DNA from: Eledone cirrhosa | Taxonomy: Eukaryota | Assembly: GCA_964016885.1 (NCBI GenBank) | Contig: OZ024741.1 | Span: 267,902,001-267,966,000, forward strand | Direction of reading: 5' to 3' | DNA length: 64,000 bases | Part shown: positions 29,958-42,397 of the stretch, piece by piece | Position numbering within the stretch: position 1 is the first letter of the stretch | How the letters are laid out: each line of letters begins with the position of its first letter | Notes under the pieces: generated by a model | The model's input: only the letters and a program-made list of their open reading frames with translations | What the model was told of the DNA's origin: nothing | Databases searched by the model: none | Translations under genes and position numbers: made by a program

Positions 29958-30139
29958 ATTAAAGATATACCTATGTTCTAAGCGCTCTTTGTTGTTAATT
30001 GTATATTAATATATATATATATATATATATATTAATATATATATATATTAATATATATATATATGTTAATATATATATATATATATATTAATATATATAT
30101 ATATATTAATATATATATCTATTAATATATATATATATT

Positions 30140-31601
30140 TGGCGTCCATCAGGGCTCTGTTCTCAGCCCCCTACTATTTATTATTGCCCTTCAGGCTATA
30201 ACAGATGAGTTCAAGACCGGCTGCCCATGGGAACTCCTATACGCAGACGACCTGACACTCATAGCGGAATCAATGGCCGAGCTAGAGAAGAAATTCCAAA
30301 CATGGAAGCACGGCCTAGAATCAAAAGGACTTAAAATTAACCTGTCTAAGACTAAAGTTCTAGTTTGTAGGAAAGAAAATAAGGCGGCGGTCCCTTCTGG
30401 GAAATGGTCGTGCTCGGTGTGTAGGAAAGGCGTAGGTAGAAACTCCATTTTATGTCCTAAATGCAAAGTATGGGTGCATAAAAGATGTAGTGGGATCACA
30501 GGTAAGCTAACTAAGAACATAGATTTTACATGTGGCCAGTGCTCTGGTGCAATAAGTAGCAGCAAGTGCCCACAAAATACTAGCTCTTTCAATTGGGCAG
30601 AGGGTTCTATAGAAATAGTGGACAGCTTCCGTTACCTGGGTGATAAAATCAGCAGTGGGGGAGGGTGTTCTGAAAGTACAGTAGCTAGAGTCAGAACTGG
30701 TTGGAAAAGGTTCAGAGAGCTTATACCACTATTAGCTACTAAAGGGTTCTCCCTAAAAATGAAAGGCAGGTTGTACGATGCCTGCATACGAACAGCAATG
30801 TTGCATGGCAGTGAGACCTGGGCATTGTGTGCAGAGGATATACGCAGACTAGAGAGGAACGAAGCTTGCATGCTCCGCTGGATGTGTAACAGTAATATAC
30901 ATGAACGGCAAAGCATAAACGAACTAAGGAAAAAATTAGAAATAAGAGGGATCAGATGTTGTTTACTCGAGAGAAGGCTACGTTGGTATGGACACGTGAT
31001 GCGCATGAAAGTCGATAGCTGTATAACAAAGTGCAGGGCAATAAAGATAGACGGTAGCCACGGAATAGGCAGACCTAGAAAAACCTGGGACGAGCTGATA
31101 AACTCCGACCTCACACACTTACACCTCTCCAAGACAATGTCACTGGACCGAGACCTTTGGCGGTACTCAGTAACAGAGAAGACCCGCCTTACCTAAATAC
31201 ATAGTAAAACCTACTACAGCCAGTAGGCATCTCTAACAAAATACCCCCCCCCCCCGTCCCACCACCACCACCCCCACCCCATCCACACCACCCCGTTCTA
31301 TGTAAAGTTATGTTGGTGCCACACCATCCAGGCCGAAACAAATGAGATCGTGTAGGTGTCACGACAAAAAAACACACAGTCCACGCTGTAATGTGGCCGT
31401 GTAGGCAACACGGTAAAAACCTCCCAGACCCACACTGTAAATGTGGTTGGTGTTAGGAAGGGCATCCAACTGTAGAAAACCTGCCAGACAGTCCTATGCG
31501 AGCAAGACAATCACTCTTGCCTCAAGTGGGACTACCCCCGTCCAAACCCATGCAAGCGTGGAACACGGACGTGAAACGTTGATGATGATGATGATGATGA
31601 T
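30140..31601 (+). mobile_element. RTE LINE family A, 5'-truncated
   Basis: GVHQGSVLSP, LYADD, ORF 30273-31196, 3' UTR and (GAT)n tail. Confidence 0.95.
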
Positions 31602-31613
31602 ATATATATATAT

Positions 31614-32157
31614 ACAAAGTAAAACCTACTCCAGTCAGTAGCCATCTCTAACAAAATACACCCCCGTCCCACCACCCCCACCCCAACCATACCGCCCCTT
31701 TCAATGTAAAGTTATGTTGGTCCCACAACATCCAGGCCGAAACAAATGAGATCGTGTAGGTGTCACGACAAAAAAAACACACAGTCCACGCTGTAATGTG
31801 GCCGTGTAGGCAACATGGTAAAAACCTCCCAGCCCCACACTGTAAATGTGGTTGGTGTTAGGAAGGGCATCCAGCTGTAGAAAACCCGCCAGACAGTCCA
31901 CACTGTAATGTGGCCGTGTAGGCAACACGGTAAAAACCTCTCAGCCCCACACTGTAAATGTGGTTGGTGTTAGGAAGGGCATCCAGCTGTAGAAAACCCG
32001 CCAGACAGTCCACGCTGTAATGTGGCCGTGTAGGCAACACGGTAAAAACCTCTCAGCCCCACACTGTAAATGTGGTTGGTGTTAGGAAGGGCATCCAGCT
32101 GTAGAAAACCCGCCAGACAGTCCTATGCGAGCAAGACAATCACTCTTGCCTCAAGTG
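31614..32157 (+). mobile_element. RTE family A 3' UTR with a 3 x 112-bp internal tandem repeat, tail deleted
   Basis: acagtcc recurs at 31781, 31893, 32005 and 32117. The copy is fused directly to an opposite-strand LINE. Confidence 0.9.
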
Positions 32158-34776
32158 TTCTCACCACCTTCCCCCATGTTTTTCGTGGTCTACCTCTACC
32201 ACGTCTTCCTCCAACTGGCGTTTCCCGGTACTTCTTCACCCATCGGTCATCCTCCATACGCATCACATGTCCATACCACCTCAGTCTCCTCTCCCGTACA
32301 CTACATTCTATCCCTCTCAGACACAGTTTCTCTCTCAACACATTCATGCTGGGTCGTTCACACACATTTACACTGCACATCCAACAGATCATGCTTTCCT
32401 CATTTCTCTCCAGCCATCGCATATCCTCTGAAGTTGCTGCCCATGTCTCACTACCATGCAGCATCGCGCTCTTCAAACAGGCATCATACAAGCAGTCTTT
32501 CGTATGCAGCGAGAAACCCTTCTTTGTCAGCAGAGGAAGCAGCTCCCTAAACTTCTTCCAACCCGTCATTATTCTAGATATTATGGCCTCGGAACACCCT
32601 CCTCCCATGCTAATCTGATCTCCTAGTTACCGGAAGCTATCCACCACTTCTCTAGCGCCCTCCTGCATTTGAAAAATGTGTCTATCAATGCGACTCTACT
32701 GTCTTATTTCCCTGTACATCTACTGCATACATATTTCTCCCTATGTGTTAGTTTGCCTGCTATCCCGCTACATCTCTTGTGTACCCAGGATCTGCATTGT
32801 GTGCATTTTATAGAATTTATGCCAGTTCCTTTTCTGCATATCGAACATGGCCATTTCCCTGACGGAATCAGGGTTTTGTCCTCTTTTCTACACCTCAACA
32901 CTTTTGTCTTAGCTAGGTTCACTCTCAGTCCTCTTGCTTCCAACTGCTGTTTCCGTAGCCAGAATTTATTCTCTAGCTCGTCTACTGATTCTGCTATAAG
33001 AACCAGATCATCAGCATGGACAGCATGGACACCCATGGACAGCCAGTCTTAAACTCCTCTGTTATGGCTTGGAGGACTATAATGAACAAGAGCGAGCTGA
33101 GGACCGAACTTTGATGTACTCCTACTTGTATCTGGAATTCCTACCCTGACTTTACTGAGAGTACCTCTGTACAAAGTTTGCGCTGTCCTCACAAGCCATT
33201 CCTCAACACCTAGCTTCTTTAGGGACCACCAGATGACAGATCGGGGTACCCTATCAAAGGCCTTCTCTAGGTCAACAAAGGCAATTATCTCACCAAGAAG
33301 AGGGCATCTGTTGTACTCTTCCCAGGCACAAAACCAAACTGCATCTCATCTAGTTTGACCCTTTCTCTAATTAGTTGTGCTAATATCCTTTCTGCCACTT
33401 TCATAACCTGATCCATCAGTTTTATACCCCTATAATTGCTCCTCTCCAGAGCTTCCTTTTTACCTTTGTAGCAATTTATGAGAATACTCCTGCACCAGTC
33501 TTTGGGTATGACACCACCATATATAGCCTGATTGATGATGCGTGCAACCAGTTTAGTGCCTACGTCCCCTGATGCCTTCAGCATCTCAGCAACTATTCCC
33601 GTTGGTCCAGCAGCCTTACCATTTTTCATTTCCTTAATCACCTCTTGGACCCTATATTCGTCAATCTCAATAGCTGGTCCCTCTGTCGGATCTACTAAGG
33701 GTAATTTCTCTCTCTCCCTATCGTTCTCCACATTCATCAGTCTCTCATAATGACATTTCCAGGCCTCCTTTTTCTGATCATTCGTGACACTAAGTACACC
33801 GGCATCATCCCGGACACATTTATCTCCAACAACATCCTGATTTGCATTGACACACTGCCTTGCAATGTGGAACACCGCACACCTCTGATCTTCCCGTCGC
33901 AGAACATTGGCAAACCTCCTACTCTCTGCCTCCCTGCGTACTAAGTACACCTGACGTCTAGCTTCTCTCTTAGCGGCTGTATATTCTTCCCTACTCCCAC
34001 CCTTTTTCCAAGCCTTCCATGCTAGTCTTTTGTCTCTAATGGCCTTATCTACTGTGCTGTTCCACCACCAGGTCACTCTCTGTCTGGTTGGAGCTCTGCT
34101 CCAGCCACAAGTTTCATCAGTAGCCTGCAGCAAGTTGTCACGTAAGAAATTCCAGTTATTATCTATGCCATACGTCTCTAAATCGTCTTCTTTTTCGTCA
34201 TATTCATCTTGAAGGGCTTTCCTAAATTTGTATTTTAGTGAAAGGTCTTTTAGCTTCCAGACCTTTCTTCTCCACACCTTCCTGTATGTCTCATTCCATC
34301 TCTTGCTTCTCATATACATCTTGAATACATCTTGCATCTCATATACATCTTGAAGGGCTTTCCTAAATTTGTATTTTAGTGAAAGGTCTTTTAGCTTCCA
34401 GACCTTTCTTCTCCACACCTTCCTGTATGTCTCATTCCATCTCTTGCTTACTGAGATATCACTAACGACTAACCTATGCTGTGGGGTACATTCTTCCCCA
34501 GGGTTTGCCTTGGTATTAGACACTATCTGCCTGTCCCGCTGCCTAACTAGTAAGAAGTCAATCTGGCTTATGTGCTCACTAGATTTGTAGGTTTTTAGGT
34601 GATTGGCAGGTTTCTGGAAGTTTGTGTTGCAAATAGTCAATGTACCCGCATCACAAAATTCAAGAAGTCTCACTCCTTCTTCATTTCTTGAGCCGTAACC
34701 GTGCCCACCATGTACCCCAGTGTAACCATCCTGGAGCTGTCCAACATGACCATTGAAATCTCCTGCTAGCATAACG
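32156..34776 (-). mobile_element. RTE LINE family C, degraded and truncated at both ends
   Basis: APE motif AGDFNGHVG and RT pieces homologous to 39162-41048. It has an internal duplication (SKRWNETYRKVWRRKVWKLKD twice) and deletions. Confidence 0.93.
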
Positions 34777-34812
34777 ATATATATATAATATCTATATATG
34801 TATATATATATA

Positions 34813-35789
34813 GTTAGGGAAGCAGAAAATTGCTTATTGTGATCGAGTTTGTGGTTAAGAAAGCCAGTTTCATGGACGGTTTCAACGTACGGTTAGGGGT
34901 AACTCCACAAGTTTGTAAGAATTCCGTTCAATCCTGGAGTACAAAGTATAAAAGAGAAAACACAGGTAAGCATTAAGAGAAGGATTTTATCCAGGTATTT
35001 ACGACCGTTTCATTGGTAACTGAAACCTTATATTGCTATACTGCAAATAGCAGCCACTCAATGATAATTGTTGTTCACGTCCAAATTTTCAAAATAGTGA
35101 GTAAGTTACTCTTGAAATAGTTCTTAATATATAGAGAAAAATATTTTTTTTGGAATTGTATTTACTAGTTTAGAGAGAGAGGAAGAGGAATTAGAAAGTG
35201 AGGGGACAAACGGAATAGTATAGAGAGAGAGGAAGGGGGAGAAGAGTTAGGAAGTAGAGTGACAAACTGAGATGGAGTGAGGGGTAGAGGTGGAAGGATT
35301 CTTTGATTAGTTTTGATATGTAGACTTCATGTCCGTGATTGTAGTGAGTTAAAGAGAATTAAATTGATCATAGTGGGAGGATTGGAGAGAGAGAGAGGAG
35401 GGGGAGAGATAAAGATATATATATATAAAATAATAATGATAAAAATAAAAGTAAAGAAAGGGGGGGGAGAAACAAGAAAAGAAAAGATAGCCAAAAAGGG
35501 GAGGGAAGAAAAGAAGAAAACGAAAAGAAATAGAAGACGAATGAAGGAGAAGGGAGGGATATAGGTATTGGTTTTTGTGGGTAATTAAAGGGGTTAGATA
35601 CAATAAGAGCGTATAAAGTCTAAGTATATGCAGTTTGTCAGTTGGTAGTAAGAGGTTAAGGGTTCGATTTGCACTTTCTTTGAATCTATGATTACAATAA
35701 ATTGATATTTCGATTTTATTGTTGAGTAATTTATTCTTCGAACTCAAAATGTGGAACAGCTCAAGGTCACATAATCGACAGCTTTTCAT
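34813..35789 (-). mobile_element. PLE 3' fragment
   Basis: KSCRLCDLELFHILSSKNKLLNNKIEISIYCNH aligns with the GIY-YIG C-terminus RPCDLCAAEALEIL..ILNRKSEAISACKH of ORF 28126. Flanked by (TA)n. Confidence 0.7.
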
Positions 35790-35940
35790 ATATATATATA
35801 TATTATGGAATACTGTTGGCTTCTTGTTACAATACTTTCTATACCTTTCATTTATATATATATATATATAATATCTATATATGTATATATATATATAATA
35901 TCTATATATGTATATATATATAATATCTATCTATGTATAT

Positions 35941-38045
35941 ATCATCATCATCATCATCATCGGTTAACGCCCATCTTCCATGCTTGCATGGGTTTGGACG
36001 GGAGTTTTCCCACTTGAGGCAAGAGTGGTTGTCTTGCTCACATAGGACTGTCTGGCGGGTTTTCTACGGCTGGATGCCCTTCCTAACACCAATAACATTT
36101 ACAGTGTGGAACTGGGACGTTTTTACCGTGTTACCTACACGGCCACATTACAGCATGGACTATGTGTTTTTTTGTCGTGACACCTACACGACCTCATTTG
36201 TTTCAGGCTGGATGTTGTGGTACCAACATAAATTTACATTGAAAGGGGTGGTGTGGATGGAGTGGGGGTAGTGGGACGGGGGGTGTATTTTGCTAGAGGT
36301 GCCTACTGACTGTAGTAGGTTTCACTTTGTACTTAGGTAAGGCGGGTCTTCTCTATTACTGTGTAGCGCCAAAGATCTCGGTCCAGTGACATTGTCTTGG
36401 AGAGTGTAAGTGTGTGAGGTCGGAATTTATCAAGTTGTCCCAGGTTTTTCTGGGTCTGCCTACTCCGTGGCTACCGTCTATTTTTATTGCCCTGCACTTT
36501 TTTATACAGCTGTCGTCTTTCATGCGCATCACGTGACCATACCAACGTAGCCTTCTCTCGAGTAAACAACATCTGATCCCTCTTATTTCTAATTTTTCCC
36601 TTAGTTCGTTTATGCTTTGCCGTTCACGTATATTACTATTACACATCCAGCAGATCATGCAAGCTCCGTTCCTCTCCAGTCTGCGTATATCCTCTGCACA
36701 CGATGACCAGGTCTCACTGCCATGCAACATTGCTGTTTGTATGCAGGCATCATACAGCCTGCCTTTCATTTTTAGGCAGAACCCTTTAGCGGCTAATAGT
36801 GGTATAAGCTCTCTGAACTTTTTCCATCCAGTTCTGACTCTAGCTACTGTCCTTTCAGAGCACCCTCCCCCACTGCTGATTTTGTCACCCAGGTAACGGA
36901 AGCTGTCCACTATTTCTAGAGAACCATCTGTGTAATTGAATGAGCTAGTATTCTGTGGGCACTTGCTGCTACTTATTGCACCAGAGCACCGGCCACATAT
37001 AAAATCTATGTTCTTAGTTAGCTTACCTGTGATCCCACTACATCTTTTATGCACCCATACTTTGCATTTGGGACATAAAATGGAGTTTCTACCTACTCCT
37101 TTCCTACATACTGAGCATGGCCATTTCCCGGATGGGACCGGCGCCCTATTTTCCTTCCTACAAACTAGAACTTTAGTCTTAGACAGGTTAATTTTAAGGC
37201 CTTTTGATTCTAAGCCATGCTTCCATGTTTGCAATTTCTTCTCTAGTTCGGACATTGATTCAGCTATGAGCGTTAGATCATCTGCGTATAGGAGTTCCCA
37301 TGGGCAGCCGGTCTTACACTCGACTGTTATAGCCTGAAGGGCAATAATAAATAGTAGGGGGTTAAGAACAGAGCCCTGATGAACACCAACTTTTACACTA
37401 AACTCTTCACTATATTCGTTGTTAATTCTAACCTTGCTGACTGTTTCTTTATACATGGCTTGTATAGCTCTCACAAGCCATTCATCAACACCTAGTTTTC
37501 TAAGAGCCCACCAGATAATGGAACGGAGGACTCTGTCGAAGGCTTTCTCCAAGTCGACAGAAGCTAAGTATAGGGGTTTATTTAGCTAGGTACTTCTCCT
37601 GTAGTTGTCGTACAATGAAAAGAGCGTCTGTGGTACTTTTGCCTGACACAAACCCGAACTGCATTTCATCTAGATGAATTCTCTCTCTGATTAGTTGCAC
37701 TATTACTTTTTCTGTGACCTTCATGACCTGGTCGATTAATTTAATGCCTCTATAATTACTCCTATCTAGGGCATCTCCTTTACCCTTGTAGCAGTTAATG
37801 ATGATGCTGCTACGCCAGTCCTTCGGAACAACCCCATTCTGTATGACATGGTTTACTATCCGGGTGACCATAGTGTTACCCACCGTTCCAGGAGCTTTCA
37901 GCAACTATTTCCGAAGCCCCAGCCGCCTTACCCGTCTTCATATCTTTGATTGCCTTACTTATTATACTACCTTCGACTAACACTGCTGGTCCCTCTATTG
38001 GGTCGTTGTGGGGAGACTGTCTTTCTCCCATTTGTTCTCCCCATT
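35941..38045 (-). mobile_element. RTE LINE family A variant, 5'-truncated and frameshifted
   Basis: ORFs 37578-37904 and 36356-37552 (QGSVLNP, YADD), 3' UTR, and an (ATC)n tail at the left. Confidence 0.95.
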
Positions 38046-38121
38046 TAGTAGCCTTTCGTAGTAACAGCTTCCAAGCACAATACATATATACACAATATAT
38101 ATATATATATTTACACACACA

Positions 38122-38167
<46 letters not shown>

Positions 38168-38242
38168 ATATATATATATATATATATATACAATATATAT
38201 ATATATATATATATACAATATATATATATATATATATATATA

Positions 38243-38416
38243 TAGGAATGAGTAGGACGTTTCGACGGCTAATTCTTGTCCAGAATTAGCCGTCGAAACG
38301 GCTTGAGCTCAGCCGTCGGGGTCCTACTGGTTCCTATTACCCACTCTCCTACCCTAAGTATTGAGTACTTTGGTGCGTTATGGTCCACCTGGTTCCTTAC
38401 CACATTTCCTCCATTA
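38243..38416. mobile_element. Small fold-back family copy
   Basis: cgtttcgacggctaattct...agaattagccgtcgaaacg inverted arms, followed by the conserved ...ggtccacctggttccttaccacatttcctccatta end. Confidence 0.8.
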
Positions 38417-38445
38417 TATATATATATATATATACAATATATATT

Positions 38446-38495
<50 letters not shown>

Positions 38496-38528
38496 ATATA
38501 TATATATATATACAATATATATATATAT

Positions 38529-38570
<42 letters not shown>

Positions 38571-38870
38571 ATATATATATATATATATACAATATATATT
38601 TATATATATATATATATATATACACAATATATATATATATACAATATATATTTATATATATATATACACTATATATATATATATATACAATATATATATA
38701 TATATACACTATATATATATATATATATACAATATATATATATATACACTATATATATATATACACTATATATATATATATATACACTATATATATATAT
38801 ACACTATATATATATATATATACACTATATATATATATATACAATATATATATATCTACACTATATATAT

Positions 38871-38941
<71 letters not shown>

Positions 38942-38955
38942 ATATATATACATAT

Positions 38956-38991
<36 letters not shown>

Positions 38992-39137
38992 ATATATATA
39001 TATATACTATATATATATATATATACTATATATATATATATATATACTATATATATATATACTATATATATATACAATATATATATATATATATACTATA
39101 TATATATACAATATATATATATATATATACTATATAT

Positions 39138-41200
39138 ATCATCATCATCATCATCATCATTTTACGTCCGCTTTTCCCTGCTTGCAAGGGTGGGACGGGT
39201 CTTATTCAGCACAGCATCTCTCCACTCGTCACGGTCCCTCGTCATCTCCACCGTGAGCTTCAATGATCTGAGGTCTGTTCTCACCACCTCCGCCCATGTT
39301 TTTCGTGGTCTACCTCTACCACGTCTTCCTTCAACTGGCATTTCCTGGCACTTCTTCACCCATCGGTCATCCTCCATGCGCATCACATGTCCATACCACC
39401 TCAGTCTCCTCTCCCGTACACTACATTCTATCCCTCTCAGACACAGTTTCTCTCTCAACACATTTATGCTGGGTCGTTCACGCACATTTACACTGCACAT
39501 CCAACGGAGCATGCTTGCCTCATTTCTCTCCAGCCGTCGCATATCTTCTGCGGTAGCTGCCCATGTCTCACTACCATGCAGCATCGCGCTCCTCACACAG
39601 GCATCATACAACCGGCCTTTCGTACGCAGGGAGAAACCCTTCTTCGTCAACAGAGGAAGCAGCTCCCTAAACTTCTTCCAACCCGTCCTTATTCTAGATA
39701 CTATGGCCTCGGAACACCCTCCTCCCATGCTAATCTGATCTCCTAGGTACCGGAAGCTATCCACCACTTCTATAGCGCCCTCTCGCATTTGAAAAATGTG
39801 TCTATCAGTGCGACTTCTACTGTCTAATTTCCCTGTACATCTACTGCATACATATTTCTCCCTACCTGTTAGTTTGCCTGCTATCCCGCTACATCTCTTG
39901 TGTACCCAGGACCTACATTGTGTGCATTTTATAGAATTTATGCCAGTTCCTTTTCTGCATATCGAACATGGCCATTTCCCTGACGGAATCAGGGTTTTGT
40001 CCTCTTTTCTACTCATCAACACTTTTGTCTTAGCTAGATTTACTCTCAGTCCTCTTGCTTCCAACTGCTGTTTCCATAGCCGGAATTTATTCTCTAGCTC
40101 CTCTACTGATTCTGCCATAAGAGCCAGATCGTCAGCATAGAGAAGTTCCCATGGACAGCCAGTCTTAAACTCCTCTGTTATGGCTTGGAGGACTATAATG
40201 AACAAGAGCGGGCTGAGGACCGAACCCTGATGTACTCCTACTTGTATCTGGAATTCCTCACTAAACTCCATTCCTACCCTGACTTTACTGAGAGTACCTC
40301 TGTACAAAGTTTGCACTGTCCTTACAAGCCATTCCTCAACACCCAGCTTCCTTAGGGACCACCAGATGACAGATCGGGGTACCCTATCAAAGGCCTTCTC
40401 TAGGTCAACAAAGGCTAAGTATAGTGGCTTATTCTTCTCTAAGAACCTCTCTTGCATTTGTCTCACCAAGAAGAGGGCATCTGTTGTACTCTTCCCAGGC
40501 ACAAAACCAAACTGCATCTCATCTAGTTTGACCCTTTCTCTAATTAGTTGTGCTAGAATCCTTTCTGCCACTTTCATAACCTGATCTATCAGTTTTATAT
40601 CCCTATAATTGCTCCTCTCCAAAGCATCCCCTTTACCTTTGTAGCAATTTCTGAGAATACTGCTGCACCAGTCTTTGGGTATGACACCACCATATATAGC
40701 CTGATTGATTATGCGTGCAACCAGTTTAGTGCCTACGTCCCCTGATGCCTTCAGCATCTCAGCAACTATTCCCGATGGTCCGGCCGCCTTACCATTTTTC
40801 ATTTCCCTAATCGCCTCTTGGACCCTATATTCGTCAATCTCAATAGCTGGTCCCTCTGTCGGATCTACCAAGGGTAATTTCTCTCTCTCCCATTCGTTCT
40901 CCACATTCATCAGTCTCTCATAATGACATTTCCAGGCCTCCTTTTTCTGGTCATTCGTGACACTAAGTACACCGGCATCATCCCGGACACATTTATCACC
41001 AACAACATCCTGATTTGCATTGACACACTGCCTTGCAATGTGGAACACCGCACGCCTCTGATCTTCCCGTCGCAGAACATTGGCAAACCTCCTACTCTCT
41101 GCCTCCTGCGTGCTAAGTACACCTGACGTCTAGCTTCTCTCTTAGTGGCTGTATATTCTTCCCTACTCCACCCTTATTCCAAGCCTTCCATGCTAGTCTT
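39138..41200 (-). mobile_element. RTE LINE family C, 5'-truncated
   Basis: The open frame 39162-41048 (628 aa) holds a complete RT (DLEKAFD, QGSVLSP, YADD, YLG). The stop codon abuts the (GAT)n tail. Confidence 0.96.
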
Positions 41201-41656
41201 TATATATATATATATATACTATATATATATACAATATATATATATATATACTATATATATATATATACTATATATATATATATACAATATATATATATAT
41301 ATACTATATATATATATATATACTATATATATATATATACAATATATATATATATATACTATATATATATATATACTATATATATATATATACTATATAT
41401 ATATATATACAATATATATATATATATATATATATACTATCTATATATATATACTATATATATATATATATACTATATATATATATACATACTACATATA
41501 TATATATACTATATATATATATATGCTATATATATATTTATACTATATATATATATATGCTATATATATATATATAGTATATATATATATATATATATGC
41601 TATATATATATATATACTATATATATATATATATATATGCTATATATATATATATA

Positions 41657-41729
<73 letters not shown>

Positions 41730-41820
41730 TATATATATATATAGTATATATATATAGTATATATATAGTATATATATATATATAGTATATATATATATAT
41801 ATAGTATATATATATATATA

Positions 41821-41854
<34 letters not shown>

Positions 41855-41982
41855 TATATATATATATAGTATATATATATATATATAGTATATATATATA
41901 TATATAGTATATATATATATATATATATAGTATATATATATATATAGTATATATATATATATAGTATATATATATATATATA

Positions 41983-42018
<36 letters not shown>

Positions 42019-42397
42019 TATATATATATATAGTATATATATATATATAGTATATATATATATATAGTATATATATATATATATAGTATATATATATATA
42101 TAGTATATATATATATATATAGTATATATATATATATATAGTATATATATATATATATATAGTATATATATATATATAGTATATATATATATATATAGTA
42201 TATATATATATATATAGTATATATATATATAGTATATATATATATATATATATAGTATATATATATATATATATATAGTATATATATATATATATATATA
42301 GTATATATATATATATATATATAGTATATAGTATATATATATATATATATAGTATATAGTATATATATATATATATATAGTATATATATATATATAT

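Larger units (their letters stand above)
26297..30002 (+). mobile_element. Penelope-like retroelement, near full length, degraded, with a direct pseudo-LTR
   Basis: ORF fragments read FIKRLRWRAFYF, DKTGNLY, FIQFDINNYYSSI, GLYRDDGL, YISKHSNHP and CNCRNRVDCPLSGKCLSSNIVYKC..YIGLT (GIY-YIG). Segment 26299-26537 is directly repeated at 29523-29773. A hammerhead lies near the 3' end. Confidence 0.92.

Noticed and set aside
34860-35075. Hammerhead at the 3' end of the minus-strand PLE fragment (gaaacggtc and gaaactgg motifs)
   Set aside because: No intact CUGANGA could be placed upstream of a stem II.
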